Of a DNA stretch of 64,000 nt, positions 12,902 to 24,592 are shown piece after piece. This DNA is from Botryllus schlosseri (taxonomy: Eukaryota), in the NCBI GenBank assembly GCA_051294905.1, contig CM119371.1:40860001-40924000 (forward strand). Direction: 5' to 3'. A program made the translations under genes and the position numbers. Every line of letters starts with the position of its first letter. Within the stretch, counting starts at the first letter, position 1. The notes under the pieces were generated by a model. That model was given only the letters and a program-made list of their open reading frames with translations. It did not search any database and was not told where the DNA came from.

Positions 12902-14065
12902 GTCAATGTTTTCTTGTTTGGGTTTGAGTATATTCTGCTGTCCTTGCAAAATCTAGAACGCAGTAGAATTGCATTTAACTACAAGAAGTTAACGCAAGAG
13001 CTTAATAACGTACAAATAGTGCTAAAAATGCTGAATTGGAATTTGAAACATGTTTTTAGCGACACATGATGATTCTATTTATATATATAGTTTTTCTTGG
13101 AACTTTTTGAGTACCGTACTCACCACTCACTCAGTACTGTTCAGACCTTACTGTTTTTTCACGTCTCAAGAATATCTACTTGCACTTGATTATACTGCGA
13201 CTGAGTTAACGTTGATAACGTCTGGTCATTACTCTGAGAAATTTACCGAATTTTAGCAATTTCGAGGCTGCCTCAATCTTTTAGTATCATATCATTGTTT
13301 CACTGCTATTTGTCCTCGATTAAAACAGTGGCGAGTCGTGATGAGATAACTAACGAACATTAGCGGATGCTATGCTAACAGCAGGGAAATTAAAACCCCG
13401 CTGAATATTGCATCATGGAGTTTACCATGTTATTCGCAATTAATCGATACCAGCACTTTTCGTTTCAACAGTTTAACGGGTATATAGCCATGGCTTCAAG
13501 TGCACCATCTTCTCGGTAAGAAATTCTATAGCCTACTATATATTATAGTGGAATTGACGAGATCAAATTTGATTCGGTGGCAGAACCGTAGGAATATGGC
13601 ACATTTATGGATCAAAAAGTTGCTGCCAAAAGAATTTCACGCCTTGAAAATTAATTGCAGACCATTTCATGTTTGAAGTGTGGTTCTCATTCTCGTCAAT
13701 TTTGACCACGCGGCACTCTAGGCGTCCAGTATTTGAATATCTCTCATTACACTGTCACAAACGTAAGAACAACATTAAAATGTATATGCATCATGTATGT
13801 TGTGCGATCACAAGAGAAAAATGCCAATTGTATAGATCGAATTGAAGATAATTTGCTATTTTTTAGCAATGCCTATTTCATTGCATCTTGTAGGTTGATC
13901 ACAACATCACATGCATGTTATTTCCACTATTGTGCATACACTGCATATAGCTTTGTATTACGTACGGTACATGTTTCATATGCTCTGATATGGTACGACA
14001 AATAACAGAACAAATCTTCCATGGTGGGAAATATCGTTAATAAATTGCCTTCTAGTGGTAATAAG

Positions 14066-14581
14066 TAGGGGTGGGCAAAATCGAGTATCTGAGTGACTCG
14101 ATTCTGAATCACGTAAAATGTTTCGAGTCGAGTCGAGTATTCGAGTATCACTCATTATGACGTCATAACAAAATGTAGTATGTCAAAGATCAAATGAGTA
14201 CCCTTTATACCACCACAAAGAATATATAATGCCTGTTATCCATCTCATTAAAGATAGTTTGGATTTTTTTCGACCATACGGGTTAATTGCACTTTGTGAC
14301 AATGTTGTGGAATGATCATGACTTCGTAAATGTGTTATTTTCAGTAACGTTCGTATAGCTTTGTACTGTCTGGGATGCTGCGATACGGCCATTCAAGGTT
14401 TCAAGGCTTCCACAGGCGAAAATGGTATCGAAACTATAATTGTCGTTGATAAATTAACTTGCAGTGGCGAGGAGTGTATAATTTTAGTACTCGAAAAAAT
14501 CGACTTCTACTACTCGACTCGAATCATTGAAATTATTACTCGATTCAGATTCGAGAACTCGAATCATTATGCCCAGCCCTA
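14066..14581 (-). mobile_element. hAT-type MITE family C
   Basis: Inverted copy of 6591-7105; TSD GTAATAAG (14058-14065, 14582-14589). Confidence 0.92.
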
Positions 14582-15269
14582 GTAATAAGGACACATCCTT
14601 CCAGTACTTGTAGAAATCGTTTCTCACTACTCGAATCGAATCATTACTGCAATCAATTCTCAATTTGCAGGAGTACTCACATCATTGTGCCTCACCCCAC
14701 CCTAATCCTGAGTGCGAGATGTGGGAAACTGGTGACTAACTAAGCTCATCAAATTGGTGGTACTGATTATGTTGATTAAAAATGGGGTCATCACATTCAG
14801 TGCAGCCTTGATCTCAGCCACTTTACAAAATCGAGTGATTCCGCTCTGAATCGAGTATTAGGCAGCTTAGCCTTCCAGTCCACTATTTGAATGGAGTGAA
14901 AAATTAAAATATGCACCTTTTATGCTACCATAAGATATAGAACACCATCTCTACAGCACATAAAATCTTGATTATTTTGGACCATACCTATTTCATCGCA
15001 CTTAGCTGCAATGACGCGATCACGATTGCATGGATATGGCATATCCATTAACGCGCGTAGCTTTGTATTACATGTTTGTATGCCCAGACGCAACCAATTG
15101 AGGTTGATGGCCTTCAACAGTAGAAAATAATATTGAAGCTATGTCATAATGAAACAATCATCTCTCACTTCTCGACTCAAATCGTTAGAATCAATATTCA
15201 ATTCATTATGCACAGTCCTACTTATTACCAGTTGAGGTATATTTATTGACAATTATTTTTAGTCATCAG

Positions 15270-16547
15270 TAGGGCGATTATTTTTAACCTAAAAATCAGA
15301 AGATTTTGACCTAAAAAAACTTTATTTTGACCTCCCACGTAATCAAATTGGGTGTTCTCGCATATCATGTAAAAATTATATCAATTCTCTTCATTTCTAG
15401 CGGGAACTGTCTGTCCCTATGAAGTAGTTTGGCCTGCATAAATGTTTTGGTCTTGAAAACTGACAACTTTTTGGATGAAAAAAACCAGTATTTCAACGAA
15501 ATCTGGCCCTATGAAGAATTCCAGTAGTTACATCACCTATTATGGTAGAAACAATGAAAATTTGTTGTAGTACAACGAAAGACATTTCAAGACATTCTCA
15601 AGTAAAAAGTGTCTGTCCTCACTAAGTGCCTTGCCCAGCAGTAGTTGTTGGCTGGCAACACTGAAGTTCTACGTATAATGCTGGTGACACACCGTGTTGC
15701 TTCATTCTGACAATGTTGTCTACATCACAATTTTTCATCATGCACTTCTTGATATAAGAATCATGCAATGCCCGATTAGTCTTGCTTCAGTTAGGATATT
15801 GCGGTACGTTGACTATACCACCATGTCAACTTTAACGAAATATATTGTTAACGCCATTTTAAGATTTGAGCAATAGGGAGTGATGTGAGCCTTGCTTAAT
15901 TCTGTCAAGTGAAAACCCGATAAGACCTTTGTGAGTCGTGTAAATAAAGATAAGACAAATAAATCGTACGATGTTTTGGTGCATATATTCTCTCGTGGCT
16001 ATGATAGATAATGCGTATGTAATACCAAGCAGAGATGTTCATTCATTCGTTTTTTGCTGATTCGGAAGCCCGTGGCATTGATGTACGTGATTCAATAAGT
16101 CGTGGAGACAGAACAAAATATATTCGCCAGTGTGATCCATCGAATACGTGTACAATGGACAGGCTTCGTGGTACGTCAGCCAACAAGGCCGTACGGTGTG
16201 GTTACGCCGGTCCGTTGAACGCAAGGGAACACGCAGCGAATTGTAAACGCTACCTTCTGGAGTCAGATTATACAACTATCACATCTACAAACATTCGCTT
16301 TGCGTTATATCAACCTATTGTTCCATTTGACCATCTATGATTCAAAATAAGCAGGCAATGGGCCGTCTGCAACGGTAGGCCTATAAAGTAGGCTACAAGC
16401 TGTAAATATCAAATGATGAGTTCACCGACAGTGCAGAATCTACGATACAAACGGAATGCTGAGGTCAAAAAAATTATTACTTTGTAAACAATTTTGACCT
16501 AACGCTACAACTTTGACGAAATTTTGACATGTAAAAAAATCGCCCTA
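15270..16547 (-). mobile_element. non-autonomous hAT element family H
   Basis: TIR TAGGGCGATT...AATCGCCCTA; TSD GTCATCAG (15262-15269, 16548-16555); TTTTGAC subterminal repeats. Confidence 0.9.
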
Positions 16548-16971
16548 GTCATCAGCTTCCCAAATGCTGCTCAGAATTTGTACGTCCCTAATTTCTGTTG
16601 TGTGACATTGCCTACCCTGATTATCTTGCAACACCCCTGATCTGGCAACCCTTTTTCAAACCGCTGCATATCGGGATGATGCTTCCACGTTCAATGCAGA
16701 CTTTTACAACTTCATAATTGTAGTTGCCTATATTGGACTAAGTAAATTTGAATTGGACTAAGTAAAGTGAAATGTCAGTAAAGTAATCTAGTTTTCATCG
16801 AATCTGTGGGATATTTCTTTGCGCTCATTTTAATTTCATTCTCATTGCTGTTTTTTTTTTCTGAAAATGCTACAGGAGAACTGTATATCCAAAAACGAGC
16901 TAAATTTGATACAGAAAAGCTGCAAATTTTCTATTTTTCCAACTCCGGTTGACTTGAAATTTTTATTTCAG

Positions 16972-17127
16972 GGTCGAAGAGATCTTCTACCATGTTTCTG
17001 TGGGCAAAGAGATTTTGACGTCGAAGGCTGTCGACTTGGAATGCACGTTTGCTACGAGAGAAATAAAACCAGAGATCGATCGAACCGATGAGAGAAAGAA
17101 GCGTGACAAAAGAATATGGTCGCGAAG
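16972..17127 (+). CDS. internal coding exon of unidentified gene
   Basis: Acceptor TTTTATTTCAG; open frame VEEIFYHVSVGKEILTSKAVDLECTFATREIKPEIDRTDERKKRDKRIWSR; donor AG|GTCTGC. Phase 2 to phase 2, compatible with the next exon. Confidence 0.55.
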
Positions 17128-17173
17128 GTCTGCCAAATTGTTTTGATACCGATACTACGTTTGTGGTGAAATC

Positions 17174-17585
17174 CAGGGTTGTAGCCTAGTCACAAGTCAA
17201 GAAGTTCACCACCAAGAAGTTCGAGTCCAAATCAGTGAATAGAGGGTCGAGTCCGAGTCATAGTGTTTTGACTTCAGGGTTCAGTTTTAAGTTAATTCCG
17301 ATTCAACCCACTTTTTGCAACTCTGCTCGAGTGATATAGAATGGCTCACATTCATAATATCGTCGTTTTCCTCAGTCCCAACAGTTTTTGGTCCTATTTT
17401 TCGAATATCAGAAATGCCTATAGTGTGGTGACTTAATTATTCTTCGAAGTTACAATGAAATGTCTGTCTTGGCCTTCCTAGTCTCGAGTAACTCCTGGTA
17501 CGAGTCGAGGCAATACACAAATTGACTCGAGTCGGAGTCATGTCATGCATTTGAAAAAATGACTTGAGTCAAGTCGGGTCATCAA
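17174..17585 (-). mobile_element. truncated family B copy
   Basis: Starts CAGGGTTGTAG; reverse-complement similarity to 10750-11310. Confidence 0.7.
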
Positions 17586-18055
17586 AAACTCAGTAATTAT
17601 GAACATTATGAATAATAGTTGGAAAATAGAAACGAGGTCAATAGTTTTAGACCTAATATCAAGACGCAGTACAGCCAACTTGAGACACATTGTATAGGAT
17701 CCTACCAGTGTTTGGCTCATCCACTAAAGCAGTGGTTCCCATGCCTTTTTTCTTCATTCCCCAGAACCTAAAATCCACCCCCCTAAAATTGCTCCCTACA
17801 AGAAACTTTGGTTAGACTTGATTATGGTAAAAGTTATCACCACCACAAACCCTTAATTCCACACCAGTTGGGAACCAGACTGGCTCTGAAACACTATTAT
17901 TTTACTCATGTTGTATTTTCTCTGTTCTACATTTTCAAGACATCAGCCCTGGAATGAGGCTTTGGCACCATTTGTATGAGTGTGTTTTGTTGCAGACTGC
18001 CTAGCTTCATGGTTATCCCGAACACATTATCCTGCACCAATCCTTATCTTTTCAG

Positions 18056-18260
18056 CGCCTTCACGCCGGGGACAGACTTGATACTCGAATATCCCGACAA
18101 CGAGAGATTAACTGTGCGACCAAATCAAGAATTTATCGAGTACGGGTGTCAGAGGACGGTGGTCATAATAAAACCGCCGCCTAGTTTGAGCGAGTTCGAG
18201 ATTCAGGCCCAGTATGGAGGTGATGTCAAAAAAGTCCAATTTTCCTGCGACATAAAACAG
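18056..18260 (+). CDS. internal coding exon of unidentified gene
   Basis: Acceptor CTTATCTTTTCAG; AFTPGTDLILEYPDNERL...KVQFSCDIKQ; strong donor CAG|GTATGT. Phase 2 to phase 0. Confidence 0.7.
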
Positions 18261-18326
18261 GTATGTATCTAACAAAAATGCGGCATTCAATCCTCATGTT
18301 GCTATGTTTTCCATATTCATTATGAC

Positions 18327-18886
18327 TAGAGGTCGACCGATATTGATTTTTGCAGGCCGATACCGATATATCGGCACACTCGCAAGTCCGATAACCGATA
18401 TCATAGGCCGATATTAATATGGAGGGAGCAGAGATCAATTTCACTAAAACGATTATATATTAGGCAAGATGGCACATTTTCATGCCACAGAAAGCCGAAA
18501 AACAAACGCAAAAACTGAAATCGAAAATAATTATTGCTTAATTGTGCACATTCGTTAAAATTTTAGATAACCCAAAAAGCAAAACATGATACAGAATTGC
18601 AGATCAGTCCAGAAAAGGTAAATTGTAATGCAGGAAACACAGTTTCTCTGCTTTGATCACCCAGTTAAACTCGTCCTACAAGGGTAAATCTGTCATGTAT
18701 CGTCCTTTGCGTCGTCGATTTCTTGAGATTGAGAACACGGAGCATTGAATTTCCAATATTTTTGAAATTTTTTTAAATATAAAATATTGGCTGCGATATC
18801 GGGCTTCATAGGCCGATACCGATAATCGAGAAAGCTCTAAATATCGGCCTCGATAATCGGCCATGACGATAATCGGTCGACCTCTA
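18327..18886. mobile_element. hAT-type MITE family K
   Basis: TIR TAGAGGTCGACCGAT...ATCGGTCGACCTCTA; TSD ATTATGAC (18319-18326, 18887-18894); CCGAT/ATCGG arrays. Confidence 0.92.
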
Positions 18887-19140
18887 ATTATGACATGAAA
18901 ATTGATGCCAAGTCTGACATTGCACTTAATTAATTATATGTACTTGACTTTGCCACCTAGACTTGTATTTGCATAGAAATTCATGACATTATTTCCACTA
19001 GATACATTCACCACCTCTAAAAATATTACTTTGAATAGCTTCTCGGAGGTACAAAACTTCCACATAGGCCTATAATTGAATAATATGTTCAATGTTCATA
19101 TTGAAATGGACCCAAATATTTTCGGCTGACGGTAGGACCC

Positions 19141-19484
19141 ATTCTTTGTTTATTTATTATAGTTGTGCTGACCGTAAATATTATTATATTCAAATCATAA
19201 TTTTTCGACGGCAATAACTCCGCTTCCACTGGTTGGAATTGAACCAAATTTGGTGAGGATCGTTTCTATAGACAGCCTAACACTTTCATGGGGTGAACAG
19301 GAAATTTTCAAATTTTTTATTAGTTAATTTTATATAATAAATAGAAACTTTCTTCACCTTTACCAACGCGGTTACTGGCTGGAATTGCACCAAATTTTGT
19401 GTGTAGGCTTAAATTAGGTAACCTAACAATTTTATCAAGTAGCCAGTACGATTTGAGAAAAAAGGTCATTTTTGAAGAGCCCTA
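19141..19484. mobile_element. half foldback element (spacer + right arm), F-related
   Basis: Ends TTTGAAGAGCCCTA; the arm is the reverse complement of 58227-58540. Confidence 0.75.
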
Positions 19485-19807
19485 GTGTACACCGGTCTTG
19501 AACCAGATGTTATGCGCCCATACACGATGGTTGTTATGAAAACCTTGATTTGATCGCGAACATGCCACATACAATTAACATACCGTTGATTAGTCGAGTG
19601 GTCCATGGGCGCGATTCAAGCTATCGTATTTCCAATAGTGAAGTCCCAACCGAAAAGATCGACCAGAATTCAAACTCCACCCCTTATTTCTGCTAAACAC
19701 CTGACGAGTGTCAGCCGAAAATATTTGGGTTTATATCAATATACCATTCAATTGTATATTTGACTATGCTTCGTTTGTAAATAATTGATTGTGTTGAATT
19801 TTTTAAG

Positions 19808-19995
19808 CACACCGTGCTAGAAGTCCATGGTGACAATGCGTGCCTCGCGACCCCCATGGGGGATAATTTGCATAACGACTCGGGAAATGGCAGCCCCGAG
19901 ACGATGGACGAGATCAATGCTGCAGTCGGTGAAATGTCGCTAGGCGAACAAACGCCCACCGGGCATCGGACCGGGGTCCGTCTGAACAGAGTCTT
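19808..19995 (+). CDS. internal coding exon of unidentified gene
   Basis: Acceptor TTTTTAAG; HTVLEVHGDNACLATPMGD...GVRLNRV; strong donor GTGAGT. Phase 0 start matches the previous exon; ends in phase 2. Confidence 0.65.
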
Positions 19996-20002
19996 GTGAG
20001 TA

Positions 20003-21331
20003 CCGTAATTTTCCATGTATAATGCGCAAAATTCTACTGATATTTTGCCCTAAAATAGGGGGTGAGCATTATACATGGGTACAATAAGCCTTGAAAAAAA
20101 TCTCCCTCAACGAAAAACTTTAAATCACACCTTTCTTCATGTTTGTTTCCAACCGTGTATCACAATCGGCCATCGTGCCCAGTAATTCGTAATTCGCCCA
20201 GTGCAACGCGCTGCCAATTAGCAAGAAGCGTGTTGCCAATTAACGAGCAGCACAGCACACGATCTCCTGCAGAGTCAGTTTGCTGTTTGTACGCGAGCGA
20301 AATTAGGTCATTGAGCACGAGCATTGCCGCAGACGCGCGCGGCAATTGTCGCTAATTCATTGCGTCAACTACAGGCCTTAACAATCGCATATACAACTGG
20401 CCATGTGCGCAAGATATAACCGCTTGCGTAATCGGTCGCATCTTCAACAGGCCTGGTGGTCACGACATAACCGTTAGCCTGAGCAATGGCATCTGTAATA
20501 GGCCTCGTGCGCAAGATGTCGCGTCTCTGGCCTAAACTGTCGCGTCGCCAGTAGGGCTGGGTAAAATCGCTTACCTGAGTGATTCGATTCTGAATCACGT
20601 AATATGCTTCGCGTCGAGTTGAGTAATTGAGTGTCTCTCATTATGACGTCATAGCAGAACGTGATATGTGAAAGTTCAAATATGTACCTTTTATGCATCC
20701 ATAAAAGAATATAATACTTGTTCTCCATCATATTAAAAGTACTTCGGTATTTTTTCGACCATACCGATTTCATTGCACTTGGTGACAATGTTACGGGACG
20801 ATCATGACTTCGGAAATGTGCTAGTTCCAGAAACTTCGTAGCTTTGTACTATAAGTTTCGTATGCCACGGTACGGCCAATCAAGGTTTCAAGGCTTGAAC
20901 AGGGAAAACTACTGTCGAAACGATAATTCTCGTTGATAAATTAACTTCCAGTGACGAGGAGCTTATAATTCCAGTACTGGAAAAAATCGTCTTTTACTAC
21001 TCGACTCGAATCATCACAATTAATATTCGATTCAGATTCGAGTTCTCGAATCATTGTGCCCAGCCCTAGTCGCCAGCCTCGCGGGCTTTGGCTGCTATCT
21101 ACTATTGTCTAGAGACAATGCCGGTAATTGTATAATGATTATCGTTATGTCATGATTGTTGAACAGTGACATCGCAAAACAGAACGACATCGTATGCTAA
21201 AACACAGCTATTCGCGTACTGCGAATGCAGGGTGCGTACTATACATGGGTACAGGCTTTTTCCCAGAATTTGCATGCCATGTTAAGGGTGCGTATTATAC
21301 ATGGGGGCATGCTATATTCGTAAAATTACGG
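20003..21331. mobile_element. Tc1/mariner (Tc2/pogo-like) non-autonomous element
   Basis: TA|CCGTAATTTT...AAAATTACGG|TA; subterminal GGGTGCGTATTATACATGGG repeats. Confidence 0.85.
20552..21068 (-). mobile_element. hAT-type MITE family C, nested in Tc2-like element
   Basis: Inverted copy; TSD GTCGCCAG (20544-20551, 21069-21076). Confidence 0.92.
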
Positions 21332-21388
21332 TAATGTAGTTTTGCGTCGCTTTTTGCGAGTGAAATTGTCACAGCAACTGGTTTAAAC

Positions 21389-22093
21389 CAGGGTTGTAAC
21401 CAAGTCTCAAGGTTCCGAGTCGCACTTTTATAGTTTTAACACGAGGCAAGTTGAGTCATTTTCAATTCACCACCGAGTCCGAGTCATGGTGTTGTGACTC
21501 GAGCTCCATGTCATCAAGTTCACTGTTTGATGTTCAGTTCAATCCTGTATAACCCACTCTTTTCAGCGCCGCCCGAGTGATATAGAATGGCTCGCAATCA
21601 TAATATCGTAATTTTCCTCGGTGTTAACACTTTCCGGCCCTATTTTCAAGTGTTGGGACTGATAGACGAAATACCAATCATGTGTTGACTTTACTATTCT
21701 TCGATGTTACAATAAAATCTCTGTCTCTGCCGTCCTAGTCTTGAGTCATGTACTATGACTCGATTACAAGTTGAGTCAATACACAAATTGACTCTAGTCG
21801 GGTCATGTTCTATTTTCAACTTGAACCTTTTCCAAGTATTCAAGCAAGTTTTGTACTAATCATTCAAATGGTTATGTATGTAGGCCCTCCCACCGTGACT
21901 AGACAGTTTTTTAGGCAAAACCGCTCAAATTTTACACTCTCGAATTTGTAAAGCACAATGTATCTTTTGGATTTGCTTGCATCGCTGAAGAGTGTAAAGA
22001 GTGGCATTTTCGCGGTACCAGTAACTGAAGTAATTTTTGGGAATTTTATCCATTTGCAGTGTACCTTGTACTTGTGACTTGGTTACAACCCTG
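21389..22093. mobile_element. family B fragments (rearranged)
   Basis: CAGGGTTGTAACCAAGTC at 21389 and GACTTGGTTACAACCCTG ending at 22093; no matching TSD. Confidence 0.6.
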
Positions 22094-22996
22094 ATTTTTG
22101 TATAGTCTTGTCTTATACTCGAGTCATTGCGGATGACTCAAACAATCCATATGATTCGACAAATATTCATATATTGCATGGATTGCCGTATTAAAAATAC
22201 TATTTGGTTGACTAAGAAACGAGGTAATTTTCCTGATTTGACTCCCGTAATTACCTGTTTTAAAAACGTTGCTTCATTAAAAATTGTCATTTCCTACATC
22301 CGTCTCGCAAATACGTCTGTCAGATCATCGACTTCTGTACGGTTGACTAAAAAAGGGTCATTTTTCCTATCAAGCTCTCGTTGGTGTAAATTTTGCCTTT
22401 TCATTTAGCCAACCAGTAGATTGGAGTCACGTCTATCTCAACACTTTTTCAACACAAAGTGGACAAATTCTAAAAAAAAATAGGATATTTGGGCGACCAC
22501 GGGGGACACTTTCGATATCTTGTTTTACATGTCTCATGAAGCGCTATTTCTTGATCACATCTGCTGCAGTTGTTTTGCATTCAAAACTTGATTCCGTGAC
22601 TTTCTAACGCAGGTAACGATGGATGAGGAGCCATAAAGTCCTCGGCGCTGTCACCTGCTGCGAAAGTTAGGATCATACGAAAAAAACTGCCGATATTTCA
22701 TGACTATTCAAAAGCTGCCATTTTTGTAAAACCAACGTTTTAGACGCTGCAATTTCTTCATTTGTGACTGATCATCTTCCATTCTTTTCCGACTCTCCGA
22801 AGATAACCCTCCAACCTTTTGTTCCAGCACAATTTTACCAAAGAACCATCCGTTTTCTATTGACCTTGCATGAAAATCTATTCTCAGCTACTCTATACAC
22901 GCCAGTGTTTTGCGAGTTTTTTATGATTCTCTGTGTGGATTAGATCTTTGAATAAGAAAACTGCCGTCTTAGTTATATGGTATTGATAAATTTTAC

Positions 22997-23493
22997 CAGA
23001 CTTGTACAAACTAGTGAATTTTCAAAATGTCCCACTAGAACTAAAACCACCCACTTTCAAAACTAACAAATAGAACTACCGGTACTGGATTTTCAAAATG
23101 CGCGACTAGAACTCACTTTTTAAATATCGTGGCTATAGAACTACACGTTTCTCTAAACTTGCAAGTGTGTACAATAACCTAACTAGCACTAGAACTAACG
23201 ACCTTCAACAATCCACAACTAATTAACTAGTAGAGTCAATTGGAAACACCTCGTCCATTTTTAGTTACAAAATCATTTGAGAAAAACATGATTTCTGCCA
23301 CTAAAACCCATGACTCTGAGCTAGCAATGGCTGCAAGAACATGACACAACAGAACATCAATATCACAACGAACGAAGGCACAAGTTTTCTCGTTCTACAA
23401 GTGCTTGTTTTTCTCGTGCGCAATTAGAACTACTTGAAAAACCAGTAGTTAGTTGACCGTCAGTTAACTATACTGGTATTTTGTACAAGTCTG
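22997..23493. mobile_element. MITE family N (TAGAACTA repeats)
   Basis: TIR CAGACTTGTACAAA...TTTGTACAAGTCTG; homologous to 35897-36400. Confidence 0.75.
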
Positions 23494-24149
23494 TTCGTTC
23501 GTATTTGCGTGTGATTTGTTGATCAACCATTTGTTTCGTTTTATTCGATACACCACATATTGTGCGGTGCGGAGATATGTTTTTACCCACAGGGCTGGGA
23601 ACATCCTCGAATTTTCCTGACCAAGTGTTAGTATGTTTTAGAGATGCCGATATGCTGTACAATCGTGTTGATGTTGAATAAGTGGATTTTATTGCATATT
23701 ACTAGGATTGTTAAATTTGGCTTCAATCTCTTGCGTATTGTCACCGTTTTCGGTAAATAAAATAAAAGAGTTAGTAGTGTCGCGTCGAAACTGCTTGTGA
23801 TGTTGTGGACTCTTTGTGGCTGGACAATGGTCAGGGTGGCGCCAAGCACGAGGTAGTCTTCGGTGTCAATTTCATTGAAACGTCACAAGGCATTGATAAA
23901 GAGGTAGAGATACGAAGGATTCAAAACATCCTGTCTTTTAATCAAGCGCGTACCTTGTCCCAGGCATGTTGTATATAATGTGGCATATCTGTCTCATCTT
24001 ATTCTGAACCCATATCCACGCGAAATAATGCTTTTTTTGTGGTTTATCACGTGACTTGGCACTATTTGAGAGAGCGTAGACTCATTTGCGTTGTCACTTT
24101 CGGATGGAGGGTCCATGACTGGTTATTCATTAGTAATTTAGTGTGAGTC

Positions 24150-24272
24150 AGTTTGATTGATTGCTAATCATTTCAATACACCACAAGGCTGTGATATAAT
24201 GAAGGATAGGAAGGTGTCGAAACGACTTGGAGTAGTCTTCGAAATCAAACACCCATCTGGCCTAGGCGGTGT
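24150..24272 (-). repeat. LINE 3' tail fragment (also 31410-32230 + strand and 37895-38010 - strand)
   Basis: Reverse complement of 5900-6020 (CCAAGTCGTTTCGACACCTTCCT...TTGTGGTGTATTG). Confidence 0.7.
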
Positions 24273-24364
24273 GAAAATAGTCATGAGATCCATGACTATC
24301 ATGTAAATTGTACAGTATTTTCCCGCGATATGTCAAAACAATATCGCCTCGAACTATTTTCAAG

Positions 24365-24503
24365 CGGACCAAAGAGAAAATGCCACCTGAATAACGCGAA
24401 TTTGTTGCCGGTGATGAGGGCGGTCTTCCAGGAGATGACGCTGGTGAGCAACCGAGTCGCCGTGGTTAGTGTCGCATTTCGGCACTTGACTCCGTTTCAG
24501 TAA
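24365..24503 (+). CDS. candidate downstream exon of unidentified gene
   Basis: ATTTTCAAG| phase-2 start gives (F)GPKRKCHLNNANLLPVMRAVFQEMTL, then either donor GTGAGC at 24444 or stop at 24501. Confidence 0.2.
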
Positions 24504-24592
24504 TCGTCAAAACACACACTATCTACAATGCGATGCAATGAACGGATAGGAGGACGCCGAACCACCAGTTGCGGTTGCAGTAATGGTTCATC

